Below are positions 30,838 to 40,440 of a stretch of 64,000 nt of DNA, piece by piece. The stretch lies in NCBI GenBank assembly GCA_035285165.1, contig JAYKHP010000018.1:145486-209485 (forward strand). Direction: 5' to 3'. A program made the position numbers and the translations under genes. The stretch's first letter is position 1. Every line of letters begins with the position of its first letter. This DNA comes from Vampirovibrionales bacterium. Lineage in GTDB: Bacteria; Cyanobacteriota; Vampirovibrionia; Vampirovibrionales; Vampirovibrionaceae. Below the pieces are notes generated by a model. The model worked only from the letters and a program-made list of their open reading frames with translations. It was not told the origin of the DNA and made no database searches.

Positions 30838-31560
30838 ATGCTTGTTATGAATTTTCACCACGTCGAAGAAAATCCCAGCCACCGGGACAGGAAAGTGATT
30901 ACAATCACCCCCAAAGGTTTGCGCAATTTTATTCGCACCTTACGAAAGCTCGGCTTTGAAATCGTCTCGATGCGCGACGTGCTGGCAAAATCCGATCCGA
31001 CGAAAAACAGTGACAAACAGGTTTTAATCACGTTTGACGACGGTTTTGTCAACAACTACGAAAACGCCTGGCCGGTGCTTGAGGAAGAAAAATGTCCCGC
31101 CACGATTTTTCTTTTGCCCGGACGTTTTTCAGGCACCAACGAATGGGATCACGCCCACTTACCTGAAGCGGAGCGGGATCAACTGATGTCGCTTGAACAG
31201 ATCAGGGAGATGGGCAAATCAAAATATATCACTTATGGTAGTCACGGCCTGTTACACGTGGACATGCGCGCATTAAGCGATGATGCCCTGATGCATGAAC
31301 TCAACGAGTCGCATAATATCCTGGCGCGTGACATTCCTGAAAGCTATCTGCCGGTTCTGGCTTACCCCTGGGGCTATCACGACGCGCGCGTGGTCAAGGC
31401 GATGGAAAACACGCCGTATCGTTACGCCTTTACGGTGGAAAAAGGAAAATGGACATCGGTTGATCGTCCTTACGAGGTGCCCAGGCACTCGGCCTATTTC
31501 CGCGACCGCCACGTGATCATGCTGCTGGCCAAGCTCCTGAAATCAGGCGTCCTTATATAA
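30838..31560 (+). CDS. polysaccharide deacetylase (CE4 / NodB homology domain)
   Basis: VLITFDDGFVNNYENAWPVLEEEKCPATIFL (TFDDG motif 1), HGLLHVDM (His motif) and LAYPWGYHD. Confidence 0.75.
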   Translation: MLVMNFHHVEENPSHRDRKVITITPKGLRNFIRTLRKLGFEIVSMRDVLAKSDPTKNSDKQVLITFDDGFVNNYENAWPVLEEEKCPATIFLLPGRFSGTNEWDHAHLPEAERDQLMSLEQIREMGKSKYITYGSHGLLHVDMRALSDDALMHELNESHNILARDIPESYLPVLAYPWGYHDARVVKAMENTPYRYAFTVEKGKWTSVDRPYEVPRHSAYFRDRHVIMLLAKLLKSGVLI

Positions 31561-31616
31561 CAGTTGGCATATAACAGCTAACGCAATTCAACTCTTACGT
31601 AATTTTATTCTCCGTT

Positions 31617-32147
31617 ATGAATTCTATTAAATTTGGAAGCATTCAGATTTTCAGCAACGCAATCGCCATTGTGGGTGATGGCAAGGCAACGGTCGATATT
31701 GCCCGAAACCCTTTAACAGAAGAGGCTGAAACCTACTTTTTAAGACCAAACGAGTTGGGAATTGCTGCACACACTGATGATAAAACTGTCAGGTCTGTGG
31801 CAAAAGAAATAAAATATGCGCTTAAGGGCAAACAAAGAGAAGATCTGTTTACCATCGCAGAACTTTTTTTGGAAAGACCATACGGTATTTGCACACCCGG
31901 AAAACCTCATGGCATTGGCGCTTGGCATCCCCAACACGGCCAACTGAACGAGCCTTTAGCGCAAACCGCGTGCAGAAACGCGTTCCGTGATGGTGATCGG
32001 ATCGGGGTTATCAATGATCGCAATGCCTATATTCGGTTTTATAAATTCCCGCGCGCTTGTATGAGGGAGCAGGATAAGTGGAATCGCAAGTACATAAGGC
32101 CGGTTGATAAAGCAGTGATCAGGCCCCGACTCTTGATTGAAGCTTAA
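31617..32147 (+). CDS. hypothetical protein (176 aa) in an AT-richer patch
   Basis: Long ORF with no recognisable motif; contains CTPGKPHGIGAWHPQHG. Confidence 0.4.
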   Translation: MNSIKFGSIQIFSNAIAIVGDGKATVDIARNPLTEEAETYFLRPNELGIAAHTDDKTVRSVAKEIKYALKGKQREDLFTIAELFLERPYGICTPGKPHGIGAWHPQHGQLNEPLAQTACRNAFRDGDRIGVINDRNAYIRFYKFPRACMREQDKWNRKYIRPVDKAVIRPRLLIEA

Positions 32148-32162
32148 GCACCGAAAACTGTA

Positions 32163-33017
32163 TTACTCTATTGGCAGATCATTCCGGCTTCCCCATTCAG
32201 CCCAACTGCCATCGTAAACCGCCATATCCCCACTGCCCAGCAAATTAAGCGCCAGGACGCCCACACACGCCGTGATACCGGAACCGCAGCTAAACGCCGC
32301 AGGAGAATCCAGGGCAATACCATTTGCTTCTAATGTTTCTGCCAACTGATCCAGCGGCAAAAACGTTTTGCTTTCAGGATCAACAAGCGTCATCCAGGGT
32401 AAATTGAGACTATCGGGAATATGGCCCTTGCGAAGACCAGGACGAGGCTCGGCCTGCTCTCCCGAAAAACGCGCTACCGAGCGACAGTCGATCAGTTGAA
32501 ACTGCTTTGCCGTTAAATTCTTCGCCACACTTTCAAGGCTTAAGACAAACTGATGATTTTTCCGGGCGTTAAAAACACATGCGTGCGTGTGGAACAAGCC
32601 GGACTCTACCGGGTGGCCTTCCGAACGCCACTTGGGCAAACCACCGTTGAGAACGGCGACCTTCTCATGGCCAAACACCCGAAACATCCACCATGCGCGC
32701 GGCGCGCTCATAATTCCGTGGGCGTCATACACCACGACGTAGTCATCGTTTGAAATGCCAAGCGCCCCCACTTCATGCGCAAAGGTTTCCTCATCAGGCA
32801 GCATATGCGGAAGCGGGGAGTTCACATCAGAAATGGCGTCGATATCAAAGAAGGCGGCGCCAGGTAAATGGCCTGCCTTGTATTCCGCCATCGCGTCGCG
32901 TTGAGTAGGCGGCACATGATACGTCGCATCCAAGATGCGAATGGAAGATCGCGTTTGCGGATCTTTCAGCAGCGCGGCCAATTCAGCCGTTTCAATCAAC
33001 GGGTGGGGAAAGTCCAT
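32163..33017 (-). CDS. sseA: 3-mercaptopyruvate sulfurtransferase (tandem rhodanese domains)
   Basis: Two rhodanese domains and the active-site CGSGITACV (the CG[ST]GVTA motif of MST). Confidence 0.85.
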   Translation of the reverse strand: MDFPHPLIETAELAALLKDPQTRSSIRILDATYHVPPTQRDAMAEYKAGHLPGAAFFDIDAISDVNSPLPHMLPDEETFAHEVGALGISNDDYVVVYDAHGIMSAPRAWWMFRVFGHEKVAVLNGGLPKWRSEGHPVESGLFHTHACVFNARKNHQFVLSLESVAKNLTAKQFQLIDCRSVARFSGEQAEPRPGLRKGHIPDSLNLPWMTLVDPESKTFLPLDQLAETLEANGIALDSPAAFSCGSGITACVGVLALNLLGSGDMAVYDGSWAEWGSRNDLPIE

Positions 33018-33067
33018 CGATACCTCTCATAGCTGGTCATTCGCGCGAATGGCGAAGAAAATAGCGC

Positions 33068-34906
33068 CTATATGCTTTGCTTGCGCAGGCGGATATTTTG
33101 CGGGGTGACTTCCATTAGTTCATCGGTTGCGATGTAATCCAGGCCATACTCCAGCGTCACGGTAATCGGCGTGGACAAAACTTCCAGAACATCCGCGCCG
33201 GCGCTTCTCATGTTCGTCAGCTTCTTGGCCTTGACGACATTGACCAGCAAATCGTTGGAGCGGTTATGCTCGCCCACGATCATGCCGCGATAAACCGTCG
33301 TTTTGGGTGTAATAAAGAAGACGCCGCGATCTTCAAGGTTCTTCATCGCATAGGCCGTCGCCTCGCCCTGTTCGTTGGAAACGATCACGCCGTTTCTGGA
33401 GGTCCCGATATCACCCACCCAGGGAACAAACGCGCTGAAAGCGGCGTTCATAATGCCCTGACCACGGGTCAGTCGAATAAATTCGCTTCTGAACCCCAGC
33501 AGGCCGCGAGACGGGATTTTAAACTCCAGCATCGTCCGCCCGTTCTCGGTGTACATGTTTTGCAGTTCGCCTTTTCTCACACTTAAACGCTCAATGCAAG
33601 CACCCGTGTTGTCTTCGGGAACATCCAGCATCAACTGCTCGGAAGGCTCGTGCAGCTCTCCGTTCACTTCCTTGGTAAGAACCTCAGGCTTGCTGACCTG
33701 AAACTCGTAGCCTTCGCGGCGCATCGTTTCAATCAGGATGCCAAGATGTAATTCCCCCCGGCCACTGACGACAAAACACTCGGGCGTTGGGCCGTCATCC
33801 ACGCGCAGGCTGACATTGCTTTTGACTTCACGCGCAAGCCTGTCCTTGATTTGTCTTGAGGTGACGAATTTCCCTTCTTTTCCGGCCAAAGGGCTATTAT
33901 TGACCGAGAAGGTCATTTTCAGCGTGGGCTCTTCAATATCAATCGGCGGCAACGCCTCAGGATTCAACGGATCGCAGATCGTCTCGCCGATCTGGATTTC
34001 GGGAATCCCTGCAACAGCCACGATATCACCCGCAAACGCCTTGTCCACGTCGATTTTTTTCAGGCCCTGAAAGCCGAAAAGCTTGGTGATACGGTGCTGG
34101 GTAATTTTACCTTCGCGATCCACCAAGGCTGCCGTCTGTCCCTGCTTGATTTCGCCTCGACGAATACGGCCAACGATGATTCTTCCCAGGTAGTCGTTGT
34201 AATCAATGGTGGCCACCTGTAATTGCAGCGAGCCTGTCTTATCGCCGGGAGGGGCGGGAATTTCCTTTAAAATGGTCTGAAACAGCGCCGTCAGATCTCC
34301 CATTGTTTCGGGCCTGGAAGCTTCCTCGGCATCCAGCGTCGAGGTGCCCTGCAAGCCGCAGGCGTATACCGTGGGGAATTCCAATTGATGTTCATCCGCA
34401 CCCAGCTCAATCAGCAAATCGATCATGCGATCAATCGCGCGCGCCGGATCCGAAGCGGGCCTATCCACCTTGTTGATAACCACCACGATTTTAAGGCCAA
34501 GCGCCAGGGCTTTTCTTAAGACGAAACGCGTCTGGGGCATCGGGCCTTCAACGGCATCGACAATCAACAGCGCGCCATCCACCATCGTCAAGACGCGCTC
34601 GACTTCGCCTGAAAAATCGGCGTGGCCGGGCGTGTCAAGGATGTTGATTTTATACTCGCCATAAGGAATGGCCGTATTTTTGGCCAAAATCGTAATGCCC
34701 CGCTCGCGCTCAAGTTCATGAGAGTCCATCGCGCGCTCGGCAATTTGTTCATTTTCGCGGTAAATCCCGCTTTGGCGAAACATGCTATCAACCAGCGTGG
34801 TCTTGCCATGATCGACGTGGGCGATAATGGCGATGTTTCGGATTTTGTCGTTTAAAATACCGTTTTCAGCAGGGGAGGAAGGCTTTGCAAAAGTTTCGGA
34901 AGGCAT
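33068..34906 (-). CDS. typA: translational GTPase TypA/BipA
   Basis: NIAIIAHVDHGKTTLVD (G1), DTPGHADF (G3), NKVD (G4), plus EF-G-like domains and the BipA-specific C-terminal domain. Confidence 0.9.
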   Translation of the reverse strand: MPSETFAKPSSPAENGILNDKIRNIAIIAHVDHGKTTLVDSMFRQSGIYRENEQIAERAMDSHELERERGITILAKNTAIPYGEYKINILDTPGHADFSGEVERVLTMVDGALLIVDAVEGPMPQTRFVLRKALALGLKIVVVINKVDRPASDPARAIDRMIDLLIELGADEHQLEFPTVYACGLQGTSTLDAEEASRPETMGDLTALFQTILKEIPAPPGDKTGSLQLQVATIDYNDYLGRIIVGRIRRGEIKQGQTAALVDREGKITQHRITKLFGFQGLKKIDVDKAFAGDIVAVAGIPEIQIGETICDPLNPEALPPIDIEEPTLKMTFSVNNSPLAGKEGKFVTSRQIKDRLAREVKSNVSLRVDDGPTPECFVVSGRGELHLGILIETMRREGYEFQVSKPEVLTKEVNGELHEPSEQLMLDVPEDNTGACIERLSVRKGELQNMYTENGRTMLEFKIPSRGLLGFRSEFIRLTRGQGIMNAAFSAFVPWVGDIGTSRNGVIVSNEQGEATAYAMKNLEDRGVFFITPKTTVYRGMIVGEHNRSNDLLVNVVKAKKLTNMRSAGADVLEVLSTPITVTLEYGLDYIATDELMEVTPQNIRLRKQSI

Positions 34907-35092
34907 GAGCGCGTGTCGTTCTTTTCTATTTTTAAAATGGGACGGGCAGAAAATGGGAGGTAATCAAAAGTCTTTAGGCAGGTGCGCTGCTTCAGGTACG
35001 CTGAAGATATAAAAGCGCCACAAGATAAAACTTTGACCGATAGTGTGATCAAACCCTAAACACAAGCTTTTTTCCACCAGCACCACGCGATC

Positions 35093-37459
35093 TTACAAGC
35101 CAGTGAGAACATGCCACCTTGCCAGCTGCGGTCGCCCGAACATCCCCAGCAGCCGGACTTTCAAAAAGCTTCCCGTGAGGGCGGCAGTTTGGGCAGTGTC
35201 GGACAAACCCGACAATCGCAATTGATAAGGGCTTAAGCGCCTATCCTGGGCGTCACTGTAATAAAGCGGGCAAAGCTGGGCAAGCTGCTGTTCCACCAAA
35301 GCAAAACCCTTACCTCCCCCCGTGTCCGCTGAGCGGTTATAGCCGCCCAAGCAAAACGCCTGAATTGACGCTCCAGCAGAAGGGGCTTCCGGGCCCGCAT
35401 AGCCCAAAAGCCAGAAAGGGTAACCAGGCAGGAGGCGCCAGTTTCCCAAAGCGTAGTCCAAACCGTAGGATAAAACCGGCGAACCCATAGGGACAGCGTA
35501 CACCTTTTGAATCGCTACCTGAGAGCCCAAAACATCCAAAACCGCTTTTTGCCTGTTTTCCAAAGCAGGTGACGTGCCTGTCCCAAACCAGTACAAGGCC
35601 GAAACAGACTGGATATTACGGTGCCTGAGGTGATCGCTAACCCGTCTGGCATACCAGGGGGAAGCGTTTTCAGGCATCAGCAAAACCGGCTGGGACAACG
35701 AGACATCTTCTATCAAGAAGGCGGCACTTTTATGGTTGAGGGGCAGGACGGACAGCTCGGCCAAAACCCGCTGGCGCTTCATAACATCCAAACCAAAAGC
35801 CAATACCAATAGCACGATGGCCGCCAAAATCCGGGGACGCCGAATCACGGCGGGCCCGACAAGCTGGGAAAAATTCGTCTTCTTGAACATTTTAAACACT
35901 TGCAGACACGTCTGGACTGAGGCCGGATTATTCATCAATAGAGAGATCGCGACAAGAAAGGCGTACATCAAAAACAGCGATACAGGCGACGGGGCCGCCA
36001 CCTGAAGCTGCGCCCAAGGCCAGTCCGCCGTTATGCTGACCAGGGCGTAAAGTCCCCAAACAAAGGGGAAGGCGGCTTTGGCCACCCAGCCTCCCAATCC
36101 CTGAAGCAGCAAGCCCAAAACACCCGCCGTAAAGCCGATGGCGGTAAGGGCGCTGACCAGCGGAATGACCAGGACATTCAGCACAACCCCAATCATCGGC
36201 AGTTCGTTGAAGTAATACAGCAGCAGGGGCGTAGCCCAGAGCTGTGCGACAAGAGGCAGTAAGAGCGCCCCCGAGAGGGAGCTTCCAACATAAAAACCCG
36301 CCCAACGTTGCAGCGGCGGCATCATGGCCATAATCCCCAGGGTTGTCAGCACCGAAAGCTGAAAACCGATACTGGTAATCAAATCGGGCCGCCACAGGAC
36401 AATCGCCATCAGTGCCAGCATGAGCACGCTGATATTGGAGAGCGTCTTATCAAGGAACTTAAGCCCCAGGGCAATTTCAAGCATGGCAGTTGCGCGAAGA
36501 ACCGAGGGGGACATCCCGCTTAAAAAAGCGTAAACCAGGGCGCCCGCCATTGCCAGCAATAACTGTCCGCGCCTGGGAACCCTCGACAGGCGGGCGATAA
36601 AAAACAAAAGCCCGGACACGATGGCAACATTCATACCGGAAGCCGCCAACAAGTGAATCAGTCCTGTCCGCACAAAGCGGCGTTTCACCTCATTATCCAG
36701 TGTAATGGCCTGATCTCCAAGCACGATGCCGCCAACAATTTGAGAGTAAGGTAGCGGCAGGGCCGTTTTGAAGATACCGGCAATGCGGCTTCTCGCTTTG
36801 GCCAGGACACGGTTCAAGTGTCCTTCAGGACTCACCGGTTTCTGCTGAAGTGTCTCTATAGCGCTCACATGGTGCAATACCGCAGTCACTCCAAGGGCTG
36901 CCAGGTAGCGCCGCTCGTTAAAAGCCCCCGGAATATCCGTATCATCGGGCTTGGATAGTCTTCCCTCCAGCATCACCAGGCTACCCGCGGCTGGCGCCGG
37001 CAGGGATCGATTCAGCCGGATAAGCACCTGTCCCTGATAGGGCTGGGTATTTACCGTCTGAACCTTCAAAAACGCCTTGCTCGGCTCATCGCTTTGCAGG
37101 AAACACTCGCCCACGACACGCACCGGGTAGCCTTTTGCGGCAAAGAACACATCCTGAGAGCCTGGTGTCAGGTGAAAAAACCGGTAATAGCCACCGCCCA
37201 GAACCATCATCAACAGGCACCCCAGAATCAGCGCCTTTCGACGAGAGGAGCAAAGCAGCAGCAGGCCGAAAAACATCGCCCCCCATGACACAAGGGCCAG
37301 CGAGGATACCCAGTGCGGAAAAGCGAGCGGATAGAGCGAACCGTTCAAAGGATGGGCCTGGTAAGCGCATACCGTCACCCCCAAAAGCCAGCAGCCGACA
37401 AATGCCACCAGCACTTTTTGGTAGCGGGAAAGCCACCAACTCATTTTAGGTCGTTGCAT
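35093..37459 (-). CDS. comEC: DNA internalization competence protein ComEC/Rec2 (DUF4131 + competence domain; no metallo-beta-lactamase domain)
   Basis: N-terminal TMs plus an OB-fold region. Competence domain LGDQAITLDNEVKRRFVRTGLIHLLAASGMNVAIVSG. About 10 TM helices. The C-terminal roughly 200 aa lack HxHxDH. Confidence 0.8.
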   Translation of the reverse strand: MQRPKMSWWLSRYQKVLVAFVGCWLLGVTVCAYQAHPLNGSLYPLAFPHWVSSLALVSWGAMFFGLLLLCSSRRKALILGCLLMMVLGGGYYRFFHLTPGSQDVFFAAKGYPVRVVGECFLQSDEPSKAFLKVQTVNTQPYQGQVLIRLNRSLPAPAAGSLVMLEGRLSKPDDTDIPGAFNERRYLAALGVTAVLHHVSAIETLQQKPVSPEGHLNRVLAKARSRIAGIFKTALPLPYSQIVGGIVLGDQAITLDNEVKRRFVRTGLIHLLAASGMNVAIVSGLLFFIARLSRVPRRGQLLLAMAGALVYAFLSGMSPSVLRATAMLEIALGLKFLDKTLSNISVLMLALMAIVLWRPDLITSIGFQLSVLTTLGIMAMMPPLQRWAGFYVGSSLSGALLLPLVAQLWATPLLLYYFNELPMIGVVLNVLVIPLVSALTAIGFTAGVLGLLLQGLGGWVAKAAFPFVWGLYALVSITADWPWAQLQVAAPSPVSLFLMYAFLVAISLLMNNPASVQTCLQVFKMFKKTNFSQLVGPAVIRRPRILAAIVLLVLAFGLDVMKRQRVLAELSVLPLNHKSAAFLIEDVSLSQPVLLMPENASPWYARRVSDHLRHRNIQSVSALYWFGTGTSPALENRQKAVLDVLGSQVAIQKVYAVPMGSPVLSYGLDYALGNWRLLPGYPFWLLGYAGPEAPSAGASIQAFCLGGYNRSADTGGGKGFALVEQQLAQLCPLYYSDAQDRRLSPYQLRLSGLSDTAQTAALTGSFLKVRLLGMFGRPQLARWHVLTGL

Positions 37460-37611
37460 TTTAATAAATCTTTATAAAACAAGGCTTTGAAGCGAAAAAA
37501 ATGCTTAAAACCCATGTCCGGCGGTTTTCTTTGGCATATGATAACACACGATAAAATACTTTATTCAATTGATAGGGATTATAGTAAATTAAACAAATAA
37601 AGGGTTTTCCA

Positions 37612-38106
37612 ATGAACGCCTCAATAGGTTTTATAAAATTTTCAGGTCAAGAAGCCGTCTTCCAAAAAATGTCGCCATCACCAGCAGCTCCACAGGTCAA
37701 TGCGGCGCCTCAACCCTTAGTGGTGGGGCAGGATAGCGTCACGTTCGGCGAAAAAATACTGACCAAAGCCGATGTAGATGCTGCCATAGCGGCAGAAAGA
37801 GCTGCTTTTGCAAACCTTAAAGAAGCTACTAAGGCAGTGGGTAAAGCAGAAGAAGCATTAACTAGAGCTAACAAGGCATATGCTGCCTCAAGCACTTTAA
37901 CACCAAGCCAGAGAGAGGCTCTGGCTAAAAGCCGCATGACAATCGAGCAATATCGAAGCAGGCTTAAGCAGGCAGTTACAAATGCTAAAACGGCGTATAC
38001 AAAAGCTTTTAACGCCTCCACCGCTGCTGACACGGCATATAATAAGGCATATGATCGTATGCAACGTATCAAGCGGACTTATAACCGCCAGCAACGCCAG
38101 AAATAA
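37612..38106 (+). CDS. Ala-rich coiled-coil hypothetical protein
   Basis: 164-aa ORF, low complexity (A/K/T rich); coding status uncertain. Confidence 0.35.
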   Translation: MNASIGFIKFSGQEAVFQKMSPSPAAPQVNAAPQPLVVGQDSVTFGEKILTKADVDAAIAAERAAFANLKEATKAVGKAEEALTRANKAYAASSTLTPSQREALAKSRMTIEQYRSRLKQAVTNAKTAYTKAFNASTAADTAYNKAYDRMQRIKRTYNRQQRQK

Positions 38107-38637
38107 CAGTAATTACTATCCGAAATATACCTCTAAATACCTCCAAAGTTCAGTTTTAAGGCAAATCGAAAAATTGAAGCGGGTTTTTATTGTCAGCCAA
38201 GGCGCTATGTATACAATAAGGAGTATATAGTCATGCGAACGTCCTCTCCTTTTTCCATTAGAAGCGTTCAGCAGTCGTATCAAACAGGATACTCCTCTAC
38301 GCCTTAGGCTCCATCGCCCTCTAGTTTCCCCTTACAAAACGTAAATACTATAAGGTTTGGAGCCAGGCAAACGATTACCCAGTCAGATATTTTCGTTGAA
38401 AACCAGGCAACAACCCTGACACTACAAGCGTTAAGGTCGGCTTTTACTGCGCGTAATGAGGCAATGGAGGGATTGATTTTTAAGACTAACTTTACGTTTC
38501 TTCATAAACTAACATCGAATCCCAATTGATTGTTTTTATGCTTATGTAAGCGGTAATACTCAAAAGAGCAGTTACCCGGAAAGCGCATAAACAAAGATTT
38601 CTACACACTTCGACCTACTTTTCTCTACTCAGACAAG

Positions 38638-38672
38638 ACAGCCTGCCCTTATCGGCAGGCTTTTCTTTTTGT
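38638..38672 (+). terminator. orphan rho-independent terminator inside a 1-kb ORF-less region
   Basis: GCCTGCC stem, CTTATC loop, GGCAGGC, then TTTTCTTTTTGTTT. Orientation is specific to the + strand. Confidence 0.7.
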
Positions 38673-38949
38673 TTCAGACAATGCTTGCGCTTGAATAGTA
38701 ATAGTGCCAAGGCGCTATTAGGCTTTAAAAATGAACGATCTCAGCCACATGGGTAGGCTCGGGCAGGCGAATATGAGTCAAGCGGATAACTGTGCATTAG
38801 GCTCAGAGTGTTATAATAGCCGGACAGGCAGGCAAATGCTTCCCTCCCCCGAAGCTTCAGACGCTTTTGAATCGGCTAGATTTTAAACACCGGTTTTGCC
38901 AAGACGAATATACCAACACAATGTCAAACCAAGCCGCGTACCGTTCTTA

Positions 38950-38985
38950 ATCTAATTCACCAAGAAGATCTAATTCACCAAGAAG
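38950..38985 (+). repeat. perfect 18-bp tandem direct repeat (ATCTAATTCACCAAGAAG x2) upstream of the SLH gene
   Basis: Seen directly in the sequence. Candidate regulator binding site or UTR element. Confidence 0.8.
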
Positions 38986-39114
38986 GAACGGGTTGCCCCG
39001 AGTGAGCTTCCTTAAAAACTTGTATCTTCGTTGATCCGTGTGAGGCGGAGCCCGGCTCAAGCATCGACACGCCTGTATTGTCCTCAGTATTTAGTATAAA
39101 AGGAGTTCGTTAAT

Positions 39115-40413
39115 ATGAAATCATCCACCATGCAAAAGAAACTTTTTGCGGCGGCATTAAGCTTGACCCTAACCGCAGGAATGGCAAGCAGCGCCTTTGC
39201 CGCCTATTTTCAAGACGTCAGCGGCAACTGGGCCCAGCAGGCCATTCAGCAATTGAGCGACCAGCGCGTTATTGGCGGTTACCCGGATGGCTCCTTCCGT
39301 CCCGAAGGCCGCATTACCCGCGCGGAATTCTCTTCCATTCTGGTTAACGCCCTCGGTTTACAAGCCCAAGCTTCCGGCTACAGCAGTTTTAATGACGTGC
39401 CCTCCGGTTTTTGGGCATCGCCTGCCATTGAAGCCGTGAAACAGCAAGGACTGGTCAGCGGTTATCCGGGCGGGATGTTTATGCCCAACAAAAACATCAG
39501 CCGCGCAGAAGCACTGGTCACCCTGTCCAACGCGGCCCGCGTTTCCCTGCCCAACGAAGCGGCAGCGGATCAGATCCTTTCCAACTTCCGTGACGCCAAC
39601 ACGGTGCCCACCTGGGCGCGTCCGGCGGTTGCCGCTTCCATCCAGAACGGCATCTTCGCCAACGAGCCTAACGCCAGCAGCTACGTTGAAGCGCTTCAGC
39701 CCGCCACCCGTGGCGAGGTGGCCGCAATGGTCTATAATCTTCGCGAACGGTTGAATATTGCAGGCAATGGCGCTCAGAACATGGCCAACAACCAACCGCA
39801 ATACAATCAAAACAACCAACAAGGAAACCAACAAGCTTCCTTGCAGGGCCGTGTCAGCGCTGTTCCTGCCGATACCAAATTCGACGCGACCTTGACCACG
39901 CCCATCAGCTCAGAGCTGAACAAGGTGGGTGACGCGGTTGTGGTCACGTTGGATAAGGCGCTGGTCAGCTCGGACAACCGCGTGGTTATCCCGGCAGGAA
40001 GCCAGGTAAAAGGCCAAATCGCCACGGTTGAGCCTGCCGGGCGCCTTGGCAAGTCTGCCAAGATGGGGATTAACTTTACAGAAATCATCACCCCGGATAA
40101 TCAACGCTTTCAGATTTCGGCCAAGGTTGATACGGAAGATGGCATGCTGAGCGGAGACTCTACCAAGGGTCGCGTCTTGAAGGCGTTGGGTAAAACCGCC
40201 ATTGGCGCAGGTGCCGGAGCGGCCCTGGGAACCGCCATGGGACCACTTTCAGGCGGTAGCGTGGGACGCGGCGCTATTTACGGTACGGCCGTGGGCGCCG
40301 GTGCGGGCGCTTTGACCGCCGGACTCAGCAAAGGCAAGGATGTCGTGGTCACTACCGGCGACAAGCTCAACATCCGCCTGACCGAGCCCCTGACGGTCAC
40401 CGCCAACCAATAA
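39115..40413 (+). CDS. SLH-domain cell-envelope protein (3 N-terminal SLH repeats, Q/N-rich linker, C-terminal domain with a Gly-zipper segment)
   Basis: AAAGGAG SD and a signal peptide. Three SLH repeats (FQDVSGNWAQQAIQQL...GYPDGSFRPEGRITRAEF; FNDVPSGFWASPAIEAV...GYPGGMFMPNKNISRAEA; FRDANTVPTWARPAVAAS). C-terminal GAGAGAALGTAMGPLSGGSVGRGAIYGTAVGAGAGALTAG. Confidence 0.8.
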   Translation: MKSSTMQKKLFAAALSLTLTAGMASSAFAAYFQDVSGNWAQQAIQQLSDQRVIGGYPDGSFRPEGRITRAEFSSILVNALGLQAQASGYSSFNDVPSGFWASPAIEAVKQQGLVSGYPGGMFMPNKNISRAEALVTLSNAARVSLPNEAAADQILSNFRDANTVPTWARPAVAASIQNGIFANEPNASSYVEALQPATRGEVAAMVYNLRERLNIAGNGAQNMANNQPQYNQNNQQGNQQASLQGRVSAVPADTKFDATLTTPISSELNKVGDAVVVTLDKALVSSDNRVVIPAGSQVKGQIATVEPAGRLGKSAKMGINFTEIITPDNQRFQISAKVDTEDGMLSGDSTKGRVLKALGKTAIGAGAGAALGTAMGPLSGGSVGRGAIYGTAVGAGAGALTAGLSKGKDVVVTTGDKLNIRLTEPLTVTANQ

Positions 40414-40440
40414 CGCTATTTATAAAAGTAATCTCGTATA

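Noticed and set aside
38107-39114. RNase P RNA, tmRNA or SRP RNA in the ORF-less region
   Set aside because: None of the hallmark conserved segments (RNase P GGAAAGUCCGGGCUCC-type P4 elements, tmRNA 5' GGGGCUGAUUCUGGAUUCGAC, SRP domain IV GGAAGCAGCC-type motifs) were seen. Kept as an unknown sRNA or UTR candidate instead.
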